From Trichoplax adhaerens (taxonomy: Eukaryota; Animalia; Placozoa), in contig NW_002060946.1 in the NCBI RefSeq assembly GCF_000150275.1, forward strand, positions 6,801,855 to 6,865,854: a stretch of DNA of 64,000 nt, written 5' to 3'. A program made the translations under genes and the position numbers. Shown one piece after another: positions 39,870 through 51,613 of the stretch; position 1 is the first letter of the stretch, and every line of letters starts with the position of its first letter. Below the pieces are notes generated by a model that worked only from the letters and a program-made list of their open reading frames with translations, made no database searches and was not told the DNA's origin.

Positions 39870-40740
39870 AGTTGTGAACATTCGATGACTATCAGACGAT
39901 AGCCATCGATAGGTTGATTACCACTCGATCATGCCTGTCATAGTTGTCTATTCAATGCAATCATAAACTGTATCGGAATACTGTAGAAATTTTAAAGGTT
40001 GCTTCTGTAAAGATGGAATAGATGACAAGGAAAATGTCAACTCGCTACTGCCAAAATAGGTTGGAGCGTCTTGATCATTCTGGATATTCGATGACTACTA
40101 TAGCATATTGACATGGCTCCTCGATCATGTAATCCAAAGCGCTCGTAAAGTAGAATCAATGGAATATTCCATGATTAGCGGGATAAAACGTTTCTCGATG
40201 CGGATATTTCATTAGGATGAAAACGAGCTAGCTATTAGCAAAAGAGGTTGGAGCGCCGTTGCAATTCTGGGCATTCGATGATGACTACACGATATCGAGA
40301 ACAACCGACTTTAGATTTCGAATATTCAATTCATATCGGGATCGTTCTTCTACGGTTATGTTTCGTCATAATGAAAATGAGCTAGCAATTAGGGAAAAAA
40401 GGCTAGAGCACTCTTCGAATTCTGAATATTCGATGACTCTTGTACGTCTCTATTTCGTCATGATGAAAAGGAGTTAAAGCATTCTTCGAATGCTGGGTAT
40501 TCGATGACATGATATAGCAATGTCAAGAACGACTGCTCTTGCTGGGCCATGCAATCCACATTCCTCGTCTATATGGATTTGGAAGGCTCAATTTATGTCG
40601 GGATAAAGTGAATGTTCTTCTACGCGTGTAGATGGGATAAGGGTGAATTTGAGAGAATCGAGAACCTATTGTAGGTTCTCCTCCATTCGGCTTATCCCAT
40701 AGCATCGATTTCATCATGATGAAAAAGGAGGTTAAAGTGC
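39870..40740. repeat. Degenerate repeat array with tattcgatgac / gagctagc motifs
   Basis: (t/c)attcgatga(c/t) at ~39879, 40086, 40273, 40427 and 40498. atgaaaa.gagctagc.attag..aaa..ggytrgagc at ~40218 and ~40371. Confidence 0.75.
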
Positions 40741-41339
40741 CATTATATGGTATCAACAACGAAGGACCGATGCTTAATTATGTCATCGAAAGTATTTTCA
40801 TATATAGTAGAAATGATTCCTTGAATCATTGAATGAGCATGCAAAGTAGTTGTCTGCGAAGGAATTCATTAAAAGATTCCATGAGAGAGAGTGATAGGAT
40901 AAATTGAACGTTTTTTCTACCTAGGTAGTTGATTAAAGCTGATAATGATGATGAAAAATCAGCAAGAATAACTGAAATAACGAAAAATAGGTTTGATTGT
41001 TGGAGGAGAGCATTTTTACAATTCTCGAAAGTGAATGGCTGCTATAGCTAGCGTATACGATAGGGATAACGTTGGATGATTCAAAATTGCTTTTCAATCA
41101 TATGCAATCTAAAGCAACACAATATAGTATAAAATTGAATCATTACTTTTGCTGATTGAATGTTCAATCAATGAAATGTTCTTACAAGTAGAAAACGATT
41201 CTAAATTTTACAAAGGAAAAAAAAATTGTTACCAAAACATGTTTGTTTGGATACTTATAAGAGTGTCTTTATAATAACAAATTGTGTCTATCGCGATGCG
41301 TCAAAATAGTGAGAAAGTTGGATTAGTCATTTTTATATC

Positions 41340-42730
41340 ATGACTACAGGATATCAATGACGCTCGACTACCCTGGTCGATCATGTTGTCCAAAAGAGCA
41401 CTCATTCCATTCTTTAAATTAATAGGGATAGTGTTGGGATAGGGTTAAAATGAGATTGTCTTCTAAGATGGAATTAAATAATGACGATAATGGCAATCAA
41501 TTAGCTGTTGTCAAGAAGTTATTGGATGCTGTTGGTCTATCCTATCACCAGCGATAGCATCACATTCAATTTGATCACGATAGATACTATGGCAATACAT
41601 TGAAATTGGATTTTCTTACAGGATCGAATTGAATCATGTTAATCACCCTCTATCTCAAGTCCTAGACCCTGATCCTTGTCAAGTCTAAAATCAACGTTCG
41701 ACTGCTGCTTGATCATGCAGTCCAAAGCTTCCCCATCCATTACATCAACCAATACGCTTGTAGATAATCCAACTACGACAGTATACTAATCTATAGCAAT
41801 GTAATAGTCTTGAAAGTTGTCAAGAATCATGGACAGAACATCGCGGCGATAATTATTCATCTATCTGACATCCAAGAGTGAAAAAATGGTCTAGATTTGA
41901 TCCATGTCAAATGGAAAACCAACGCTAGACTGCTGCCCGATTATGCAGTCCAAAATAGTGGATTCAATCGACCATCATGTAGAAGAGCTGTGCTATTCAT
42001 AAAAGTACATTTGTATTTGGATAGGACTAGTGTAAAGAATAAGTTACAGGTCAGGATGGCGATTATTATAATCAATCTATTGCTAGACCTAGGGTGAGAA
42101 AACCGCTTGGACCTGATCCATGTCAAGTCCAAAATCAACGCTAGACTACTGCTTGATCATGCAGTCCAAGGTAGGCCAATGAATCGATCAACGATTCTAA
42201 AGTAGTTGGAGGTTATCCAACAACTGTACATTGGTATTAGGATAGGATAGGGATAATGGCGATCATTATAATTCATTTATTGCCAGTCCTACGGTGAGAA
42301 AACCGCTTAAACTTGATCCATGTCAAGTCTAAAATGAACGCTAGACTGCTGACTAAGGATGCAGCCCAAAGTAGGCCCCATTAATTGATCCACTACTACG
42401 AGTATTATAAGAATTTAGATATCATCCAAGAAGAACAGGTAAGGATGATAATGAATCTATTTCAAGTTGTACGCTACGAAAACCGCTTGAATCCATATCC
42501 ATATCCAATGGAAAATCTACACTAGACTACTGCCTAATCATGCAAGGGAAAACAGCCTATTCATGCTATCCACTATTACCACTTAAAATCATTCTACTAC
42601 GGTGACTATTTTGACATTACGCAAGAAATATTGATAGTTGAATTATAGCGATGATGATGATGAATGTATCTCAAGTCCTACGATGGAAAAAGAAACCCGC
42701 ATCGACTTGATCCATGATCAGAGTCTAATC
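41340..42730. repeat. Degenerate tandem array, ~200-220-bp unit, about 6 copies
   Basis: tgatccatgtcaagtc(c/t)aaaatcaacgctagact(a/g)ctgc..gat.atgcagtccaa at ~41670, 41898, 42114, 42315 and 42500, partial at 42708. Copies are often preceded by gagaaaaccgctt. Confidence 0.9.
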
Positions 42731-43383
42731 GTGCTTGTAAGATTGAAATCAAGAGAGCAATTTTACCTTGTCAATCGGTGCTTTTTACCCCTTGAAAGAG
42801 TTGTTTCTTTTCCCGATAGACAGGATGATGATGGATCCAATCTTCCTAAAACACTATCGAATCCTTCAACACGATTGTAATTTGGTCCTATTATCGACCA
42901 CCGGCATTGTTTATGGGGAGGAGGGGGAAAGAAGAAATTCAACTTTGCAATCCAATCAATTGGATCAGGAAAGTAGAAAAAAATAAAAAAAAACTACAAG
43001 GGAAAACTATAGTAAAATCAACATCAAGCAATCTTCATTTCAATCCCATCCAAGGATCTATAACTAATTTGTCTTTTCCATCGAGACAATGTTGACAATC
43101 TTATCGGAGAAAAACTTGTTTTGCCTTAGATAACAGTAATAGACTGTTAGGGTATGATTTAGAGATAGTAATCGACTTCCTGCGTATGAGTCATTGACTG
43201 AGAGGTGGTAATCCTGTCAGAGAATAGCCGTTGCTAGACTTTTTGCCTCCCGACGACAGCCTTACCCCTATTACTCATACGTTGGTAAGTAATGCATAGA
43301 AACAAAGCTATAGGAAAAGGAAAGGTAGTCAAAAGAGAAACTATTGTTTGAACAGAATAATTAGATAGGTTGAAAGAATGGTC

Positions 43384-43985
43384 TACAGATCAAGAATTGT
43401 TAGCCTAGCAATACAGTACTGTCGGCATGGATATTCTTATGCATTTTAGTCATCGCGTTAAGACTACTAATCCACTCTTGCTATACTCGATCGACGGCTG
43501 ATTCTGGCCTACAGATCAAGAATGATTGGCCTAGCAATACAGTACTGTCGGCATGGATATTCTTATGCATTTTAGTCATCGCGTTAAGACTACTAATCCA
43601 CTCTTGCTATACTCGATCGATGGCTGATTCTGGCCTACAGATCAAGAATTGTTAGCCTAGCAATATAGTACTGTCGGCATGGATATTCTTATGCATTTTA
43701 GTCATCGCGTTAAGACTACTAATCCACTCTTGCTATACTCGATCGACGGCTGATTCTGGCCTACAGATCAAGAATTGTTAGCCTAGCAATATAGTACTGT
43801 CGGCATGGATATTCTTATGCATTTTAGTCATCGCGTTAAGACTACTAATCCACTCTTGCTATACTCGATCGACAGATCAAGAATGATTGGCCTAGCAATA
43901 CAGTACTGTCGCTATGGATATTCCTATGTATTTTAGTCAAATCGTTAAGACTACTAATCCACTCTAGCTATACAGTACTCTATCG
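43384..43985. repeat. Young tandem minisatellite, 126-bp unit x~4.7
   Basis: Unit tacagatcaagaat...gcctagcaata(c/t)agtactgtcggcatggatattcttatgcattttagtcatcgcgttaagactactaatccactcttgctatactcgatcgacggctgattctggcc at 43384, 43510, 43636 and 43762. A more diverged copy starts at 43872 after a short deletion. Confidence 0.98.
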
Positions 43986-44489
43986 TCGATGGGTAGATTC
44001 AGTCAGGATGTTGGGACTACAAATCAACTGTTAGATCAGCTGTTATTGTTGTGCTAGAGTATTCTACTATACAAGCTGATATTGTATGATGGACCTCTTG
44101 CCCCAATTGGAAAATAGATCATTCAAGCAAGAGTCTACCGGTATAATCGTCGAGAAAAAGGATCATCCATCGCATTGGATCAACGTGTTGATTTCCATCT
44201 GCTGATATTATTGAACACGCGTAATTTTGAAACATTACTTTGGATTTCAGCCAGCAATATCGGCAAACTCTTACTTGATCATATAGAATGAATTGTACTC
44301 ATTAGAAATGGATACGTTCCAGGTATACGTACATATGGATAATGACAGTCATCAATTATATCTACTAGCGAAACCCGTGGAAATGCCACACAATAAAGTA
44401 GTATTTGAGGTTAATAATAATTAGAATAGTGTACTAACAGCGTAACACACGTACAATCGCAATAATATGATTTGATTGATGATGATGAA

Positions 44490-44890
44490 ACATAATTCTA
44501 ACCCCATTCCAAATCAGTAAAAGTTTAAATGAGTATATCAATTATACAGTACTACCAGTATTTATGTACTGTTTCAGTATGCAATAGTCGAAATCAGCAT
44601 AACTTACGCGTCTAAACAAGTACATCAACTATTTTAGCACAGTATAGTTTCAATCTGTATGAATAACTCTAACCCGATCGAAATCTACATAACTTATGAA
44701 CAAGAATACATTACGATATATAATTCGAACTCAATTGAAATCAGCATCACTAAGTCACGCGTATGAACAAGTAGATCAACTATTTTAACTTAATATTGTT
44801 TCAGTCTGAATTAACAATTGGAACTCAGTCTAAATCTACATAACTTATGAACAAATCCATTAACTATTTCAATATTGTTTCAGCCTGTGA
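44490..44890. repeat. Degenerate short tandem repeats downstream of UFC1
   Basis: Alternating gaaatcagcat...acgcgt...aacaagta.atcaactatttta (~44590, ~44737) and aaatctacataacttatgaacaa (~44681, ~44832). Confidence 0.75.
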
Positions 44891-45131
44891 CTTTGACCAA
44901 CCGTTGCATGACCATTAATAATTTTAATTCAATACTCGTACAGCTCAGTATATGGAATAATGAACTAGCAGAAGAGCAAATGATCCATTTTTGGACTACA
45001 GTAAATACAATTGAATGGGATATAAACATGATCCCTGTTCATCAATTTCGCTAATGAGATAGTCTGCAGCAATGGACTCATTTATTCGATAGTTACAAGC
45101 AGTCAAGCCATCAATTTTATTTGAACGGTAG

Positions 45132-47690
45132 TTATTCTGATGATGTCTTCTCTTTATGAACAATTATTCCTTTTTCTACCAAGTCCGGAATTTCAACAGC
45201 TAACCACGGCCCCAACTGGATCAAAACAAAATAGTAATGTTAAAGCGTACTGGCAAAACCAAACACTTGCTTCGATACTACAATCCTTGAAAAACTTACG
45301 CCTAGGGCCATTGCGTGAGCAATGCCAAATTTGGGTACATTTCTTGCCCACAAGGGTTTAAAATGATCCGTTAAACAGATTTTTCCTCCTCTACACAAAT
45401 TATATATTGGCAAAGATTACAACATGAACTACGCAGGCCATGGTATTGAATTATTCATGTGCTGTACAGTTCAAAGTAGTCGTACGGCGTATCCTATATG
45501 CTTATTTTTTTCAATGATTTAGTTTTCATTCTTCCATTTAAACGATAACACTACCATCAAGTATCATTTTTGAATCACCGCTTAACATTTTAACACGCTA
45601 TCGTAGATCATGGAAGTTTTATAGCATTAGGCTTTCATCAATTACCTGTACATCTTTGCTGTTTTTCCATCCAACTCTGGCAGTGCTATCTCTGGCGCTG
45701 TTCCCGGGTATGTAACAGGAATCTAAAAAGAAGAAAAACATCATTATTGTGCTCAGAAGGATAGTAGCGTTCATTCTCCTGCAATCAGCAAGGCATTCAA
45801 AATTTCTGTACGTTATCTACTGTATACAGGATTAGAATTAATATGTCAATAACTTTTATGCAGTGTCATTGATTGATTGTTGATGCCAAGGTCGACATAT
45901 CAACGAAGGGTATCTGTCAAAACGCTAACTCCATTATCGGATACATGAAACACTAATGTAACTTACATCAAACTCAACGTCGAATTCATATTTTAGCAGG
46001 TTATGTACATACCAACATTTGCCAAACCATCTATATTCATTTCAAATAATTAAGCAATAGTTAGAGATTCATGCACATGATGGATTGATTTTAGAACACT
46101 ATTGACAAGTCTTGTTTCGAGCTTTATAAATTGATATTGCGCTAAAGTCCAAGTACGTCTAGTGGGGGTAATACCACTGCAATTTGCAGTAGTATTATAC
46201 TTGGTATAGTTGCATCCAAGTTGAATAAAGACAAGTATTCTTTGACAATGAATCATTGGAATTGCAAAATCTGATTGGCAAGAAAACAGTGCTGACTAGA
46301 GAATAAGCAGTCCATACCTTGTGCCTTCTTTATTGGATTCCAGGCGAAACCAATCGTTATCTTGTTTTTTGTTATTTTCGACATACTATCAATAGTGAAG
46401 ATCAATTCGTTGGAGTAATAAGCAAAAGGATCATTTCATTACTAAAGTACGACAAAGTAATTTGGTATCATCGTTGTAGGTCAAGAAATCCGCCATCAGT
46501 GCACTCAATAGCTCTACTGGCGTTAGCCCGATCTACAGTATATTCATAATAGGATAGATTTGATCTCCCTGATGGTAATGTTGATTTGATACCTAGTGTT
46601 TTTATAATCATCCCACGTCTCTACTACTCTATAATAAACAAATGTAGCAAGTTGCTTTCTATTCATATGTAATACGAGATTGGATCTACCTAGGTAATAA
46701 CGACGTTTATTTGTTACCTCTACAGTTTAAGGATGAAATGCTCGATCAGTAGAATGTATGAAACTGTTGTACATTCATAATAGCAATGGTGATTTTATCT
46801 ACCCAATAACAACATGGATTGATTTTGTTGGAAAATAAGCGATTGACTGAATATCATTCGACTTTATATAATGGATGTGCTCATCTATTGCGATACGATT
46901 GTGTTGAATTCTTTTGAGCATTTCTATTAATCCGTATTATTGTCATTGGGACTTGTAGGTTTGATGATGACACAATCAGTATGGCTACCCGTTTGCAATG
47001 TACATGGATTGTAAAGTCTAAGCTAAAGACGACGTCGGCATTGAAATGTTGTCCAATTCTTTGTGTTCCATCTCCTCGATTCTTTTCACTATCCATCCTA
47101 ATGTCTATGTTGAACAACTCGGCACGTTAAAACACCATTTTCATTGGGGATGGATGGCACTATCAATATTTCGATGCCATGTCCATCGATTGTACATCAT
47201 CCATGATAGCGATGAAAAGAGAAAGCGAATGTTGCATCCACATTCAACGAAAGACACAAGAGTGATTCAGTATTGGAATTCGTCCTCATCGCATTTTTTT
47301 CCATTCTACGCCACAGACGTGGATCTTTATTTTTTGGCACTAGGATAGCACTATCATAGCATTAACATGTTCATTTTGAATTGAAAGTTGGCGTATTGCC
47401 TGGATTGTCTCTCTTTTTAATCATGCTATTGGCAGTGATTTCTCTTGTTAACACCAGTCTAGCGTTCAACACTGGTTTATACAAGTGATGATGACGGACA
47501 AGCATAGTACTGGAATAAAAGTGGGAGACTAGGTGATTTCTACCGTAGCCTTTCCATTTGTACATACCTTGATTAAACTGACTAATTCCTCCTTTAATCG
47601 TCCAACCCATTGGTCCTTATCCCTAGGGCCAGCACGCGTTTTTAACAAGGGTATTGCTGCCAAAGTGCGCTTGGTGGCTTCGTCGACCAT
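45132..47690 (-). CDS. UFC1: Ubiquitin-fold modifier-conjugating enzyme 1 (UFM1 E2), 168 aa, 6 exons (47690-47568, 46385-46318, 46030-45967, 45722-45646, 45390-45300, 45215-45132)
   Basis: Spliced translation: [168 protein letters not shown]. It has the TAK motif and the catalytic Cys (GGKICL). All introns are GT-AG and phase-consistent. Confidence 0.98.
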
Positions 47691-48480
47691 TTTGACTTGG
47701 TATACGAAAGAGAAGAGAGAGAGAGAGAAGTCAAGGATCTGTCTCGACTGTCTGTCTGTCTGCCTGAGGATGGACGGACTGACTCACTCACTGGTCAGTC
47801 ACTTTCACCACTGTCACCCTACAGTACGTGGTTGACTTTAGAAGTGACTCACTCAATGACGGACCACGAACTACTTCGTGGGGTGACAATCCGTACCGTG
47901 CCGTACCCGACGAGCAAGGTTTGATTTTGCTTGGATACTACAGAATGTCAATGACGGACTGTATCTTCTCCTCTCTACCTTGTCTCTCTACTTTTACAGT
48001 AATATCAATGTGTAGCAAAGAACAGGACTGTCCAACTACAACTCTACAGTACATAGCAATACACCGTCAAGAAATGAAATCCCCATGACGAAAGCATGGA
48101 GGTCAAATTGTCTCCCTCTATCGACCAACCCAGCCACTTGTTACAGCTGAGTAGAGTATTACTGAAGCAGTCCCTCCCCCGACTGGCCTTGAGTCAAATT
48201 CCATGATTCTAAGGTACTGTATGAGGAACGGACTCTGAGCGACGACAGTATGATACACGATCACGCATGCGTAGTATCGGCGTGACAGCAGCTGCCCAGC
48301 CGAGCATGCGTCGAAAGTACAAGTCAATAACGCTCTACGCTAGGGGCGTATCCTTGGAAGCTTGCAGCGGTCTCCTTCTCGATCGTGAGATCAACTTGTT
48401 CCTCCATCATTCATTAATATCATTCATGATTGTCGCTCAATAATCCTATTGCAATCTTCTACAAATCGTCTGTAGTAGCC
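47691..48480. promoter_or_regulatory. Head-to-head promoter interval UFC1/FMO
   Basis: 790 bp between divergent start codons, relatively GC/CpG-rich. Contains repeated tgactcactca (~47780, ~47845) and ccgtaccgtgccgtacc (~47891). Confidence 0.6.
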
Positions 48481-50657
48481 ATGAAGAAAATTCGAGTTGC
48501 TGTCATTGGTGCTGGAGCTGCAGGCTTAGCTGCACTCAGGCAACTATCCAAATATGATGTCTTTCAACCAGTAGCGTATGAAATCGAGCGACAAGTTGGA
48601 GGGACGTGGATCTATAAGGATTTAGCCGACGATTTCGATCCAACCAACATTAATTTATTGGCTGGTCAATCTACCACATCATCACCACCACCACCCCATT
48701 GCCATTCCAGCATGTATCAAGGATTATAGTAAGTTGTGATTAGTATAGACAAATAGGATCCCATCCTTGAGAAAGGAGACTATCCTATCCGTTGATTCAT
48801 TCTAAGCATACAGTACTGTCTAGCAGAGAAAGTGTCATCATGACGCTGTAATATCTACATTTGTAGTCTCCTGCTATGACAAGACGTCAACAAGCAACGA
48901 TACTCTGCTCCAGGGAGAAACAAAATGACATCCTATCGGCAATACCTATCGGCAATAGCTTGCCGATAGGTATCAATGAATAATTCAAAGTTATTACATC
49001 CACTTCATTCAAAATTATAGTAGCATGGATAGGATAATTATCATCCATGGATTGAAGGAGGATGATCAACAATATACAATACAGTACTGTAGAGTCATGC
49101 AAAGCCAAAGTAGTATACGCCACTCTTCAACTTGAAATTGGAAATTGAAAAACATCCTGACGTTCAAGTTGTCTTTTACTGCCTTCTCTCCACTAAATGA
49201 CACGCTCTTCATTCTTGTACTAAAAGTCTATCATTCATGAACTGAAACGTTACTCGTACGATAATTGATTAAGCCAATGACATGCGTTGATGATCAAAAT
49301 TATCCGACTAACCAGGCTTTCATTCTACTCTTATAGTACAAATATTCCAAAAGAAATCATGGCGTTTCCTGACTTGCCTTTTCCTCAACAACTACCATCT
49401 TATCCTCACCACACTGATGTACTAGCTTACTTACGCAATTATGCTCATCAATTTAAGTTATTGCAATATATCCAATTTGGAACAATGGTCAATAGTTTAT
49501 CCCGCCAACAAATTGAAGATAAAAGCTCTTGGACGTTAACCTATACTGATTTAGACTCCAAAGAGACAACAACAACACAATTCGATGCTGTCATCGTGTG
49601 CAATGGGTACGTATATTAGACAATAAACGATACGAGTAATGATTATAATTATAATCAAACTACAGTCCTGTGTATCAACACAAATCCAATAGTCATGGTT
49701 CTATCCTTCAATATATTCAGCCCCATACTGTACAGCTACTAACAATCTTGCACATGTCATGATAACAATCCATTGAATCCTTGCCTTCTTTCTCCAATGG
49801 ATCAATTTAGGCATTATTGTAAAACAAGCTATCCTGACATCCCTGATCTGGATCAATTTCCAGGAGCCGTTACTCACAGTCATTACTATCGAGAACCATC
49901 CATCTACAAGGACAAAGTCGTAGTCCTCATGGGTCCTGGCCCATCTGGTACAGATATCGCAATAGAACTGATCGATACAGCTAAAGAAATTTATTTATCT
50001 TGTCATAAGCAACCGGCTGCTAATCTACCCAGTAAAATTGTCGTCAAAAATACAATCACCAAATTACATTCCAATGGATTTGTCCAATTTGAAAAGGATC
50101 CACAATTGGTCAAAGCTGATTGTGTCATCTTTTGCACAGGTTATGGCTATGAATTTCCTTTTTTAACTCCTAGTTGTAATGTGACATTAGAAAATCAACA
50201 GCGTAGAATTCGCCCCTTATTTATGCATATATTTCATATTGATCATCCTACGTTATCATTTGTTGGTATCTGCGCTAAGATAGTCCCATTTGGACAGTTT
50301 TATCTGCAAGCATCTGTTGTTACATCGGTCTTGCTTAACCAAACTCCTTTGCCATCCATCGATGAGATGGAACGTGATGAGGAAAATGACTACCAAGACC
50401 GACTTGCTACCGGGCTTCAACCTAGGCATGCCCATTTCTTGGGTGTCAGACAGTGGGCTTACAATGATCGATTAGCTACTTTCATTAATGTCAAAAATCC
50501 AATGTCCAAAGCTATTGAAAAAACGTATAAATATGCTATGGGCTGGCGTCAAAATAATATTCTAGAATATCGTCACCAGAACTATCGAATAATTGATGAA
50601 GATACATTTGAACATGTTAATGCATGCAAGAATAGCAATCAAACGTCTACCAACTAG
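48481..50657 (+). CDS. Flavin-containing monooxygenase (soluble FMO/GS-OX-like type), 454 aa, 3 exons (48481-48728, 49337-49606, 49811-50657)
   Basis: FAD motif VAVIGAGAAG, GGTW, SSMYQGLYTNIPKEIMAFPD, FMO signature FPGAVTHSHYYR (FxGxxxHxxxY), NADPH motif GPGPSG and FCTGY. No C-terminal TM helix. Junctions TA|gtaagt..ag|T and GG|gtacgt..ag|G are in phase. Confidence 0.95.
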
Positions 50658-51613
50658 TTGAATTGTATTGACTATCAGGGATGGCTTGAAAGGATGAATA
50701 GATCGATCATTGCACTTGCTTGCCTAATTGAGTAAGGCAGCATTTTATCTTACTCTTCCAATGTATACCATATCAAGACTTTTAAATTGTTGCTATTTTA
50801 AACCAATTTATGGGAATAACAACCGCCATCGAAAATGATACGCCTGATTGAATATCTACCTGTATTGGCCTATTTTAAAACGATCAATTAAACTTCCAAT
50901 AGCACATTCAACATACTGCATTTCACCTAAATATTTATTTATCATTCAATTCAAACTTCAATATATGCGTACATATGATTTCCTTTACGCTAACTACTCG
51001 TTTAAGGATAACATTTTGCTACAGTTATAAAGTTAGCATGTATCATTAATGCTGCAATGCCAAGTATATTAGCATATTCAATAGAACAAGAGTCATATTT
51101 AGAGCAAATTCCTTAAATCTTACAAAATATAAAAGGAATTCAGCATTTCTTTACAATTACTGTTGGTTCATATGTAAACATGACATTTTTCTGTTAGTCA
51201 AACTTTCTATGCTCATTTTTATCTTTGTAAAATAATATAGATACAGCATACTTGCTGAAAGATTAATACAGTTATTCAGTGAGTTGTACTTGAATAAAAC
51301 GCAACTTGTATTCCTATTTCGTTTAATAAAGTCGTCTTTAATGCGAATATTCAATTGCAACTCGACCGATAAGTGTTACTATAGGAACGGTAAGACTTTT
51401 TAAGGTGGTGTCATCACTGCATTATTTCGGGTAATGAATGGCATAGTATAAATATACAATCCTTTCACTTAGACATAGGATACCATAAGTTACTGTAATC
51501 TTCTCATGGCTCAAGTTGATCTTGTTATAACTTGATAAGAGTGATAAATCTTAATAGAATAATACTTAAAAATATAATACCATTGGAAATGTCAATTTTG
51601 CAGTAATGTTTCA

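Noticed and set aside
46881-48088. Overlapping ORFs of 75-100 aa
   Set aside because: They lie in UFC1 intron 1, overlap its exon 1 antisense or out of frame, or fall in the promoter, and none has a family motif.
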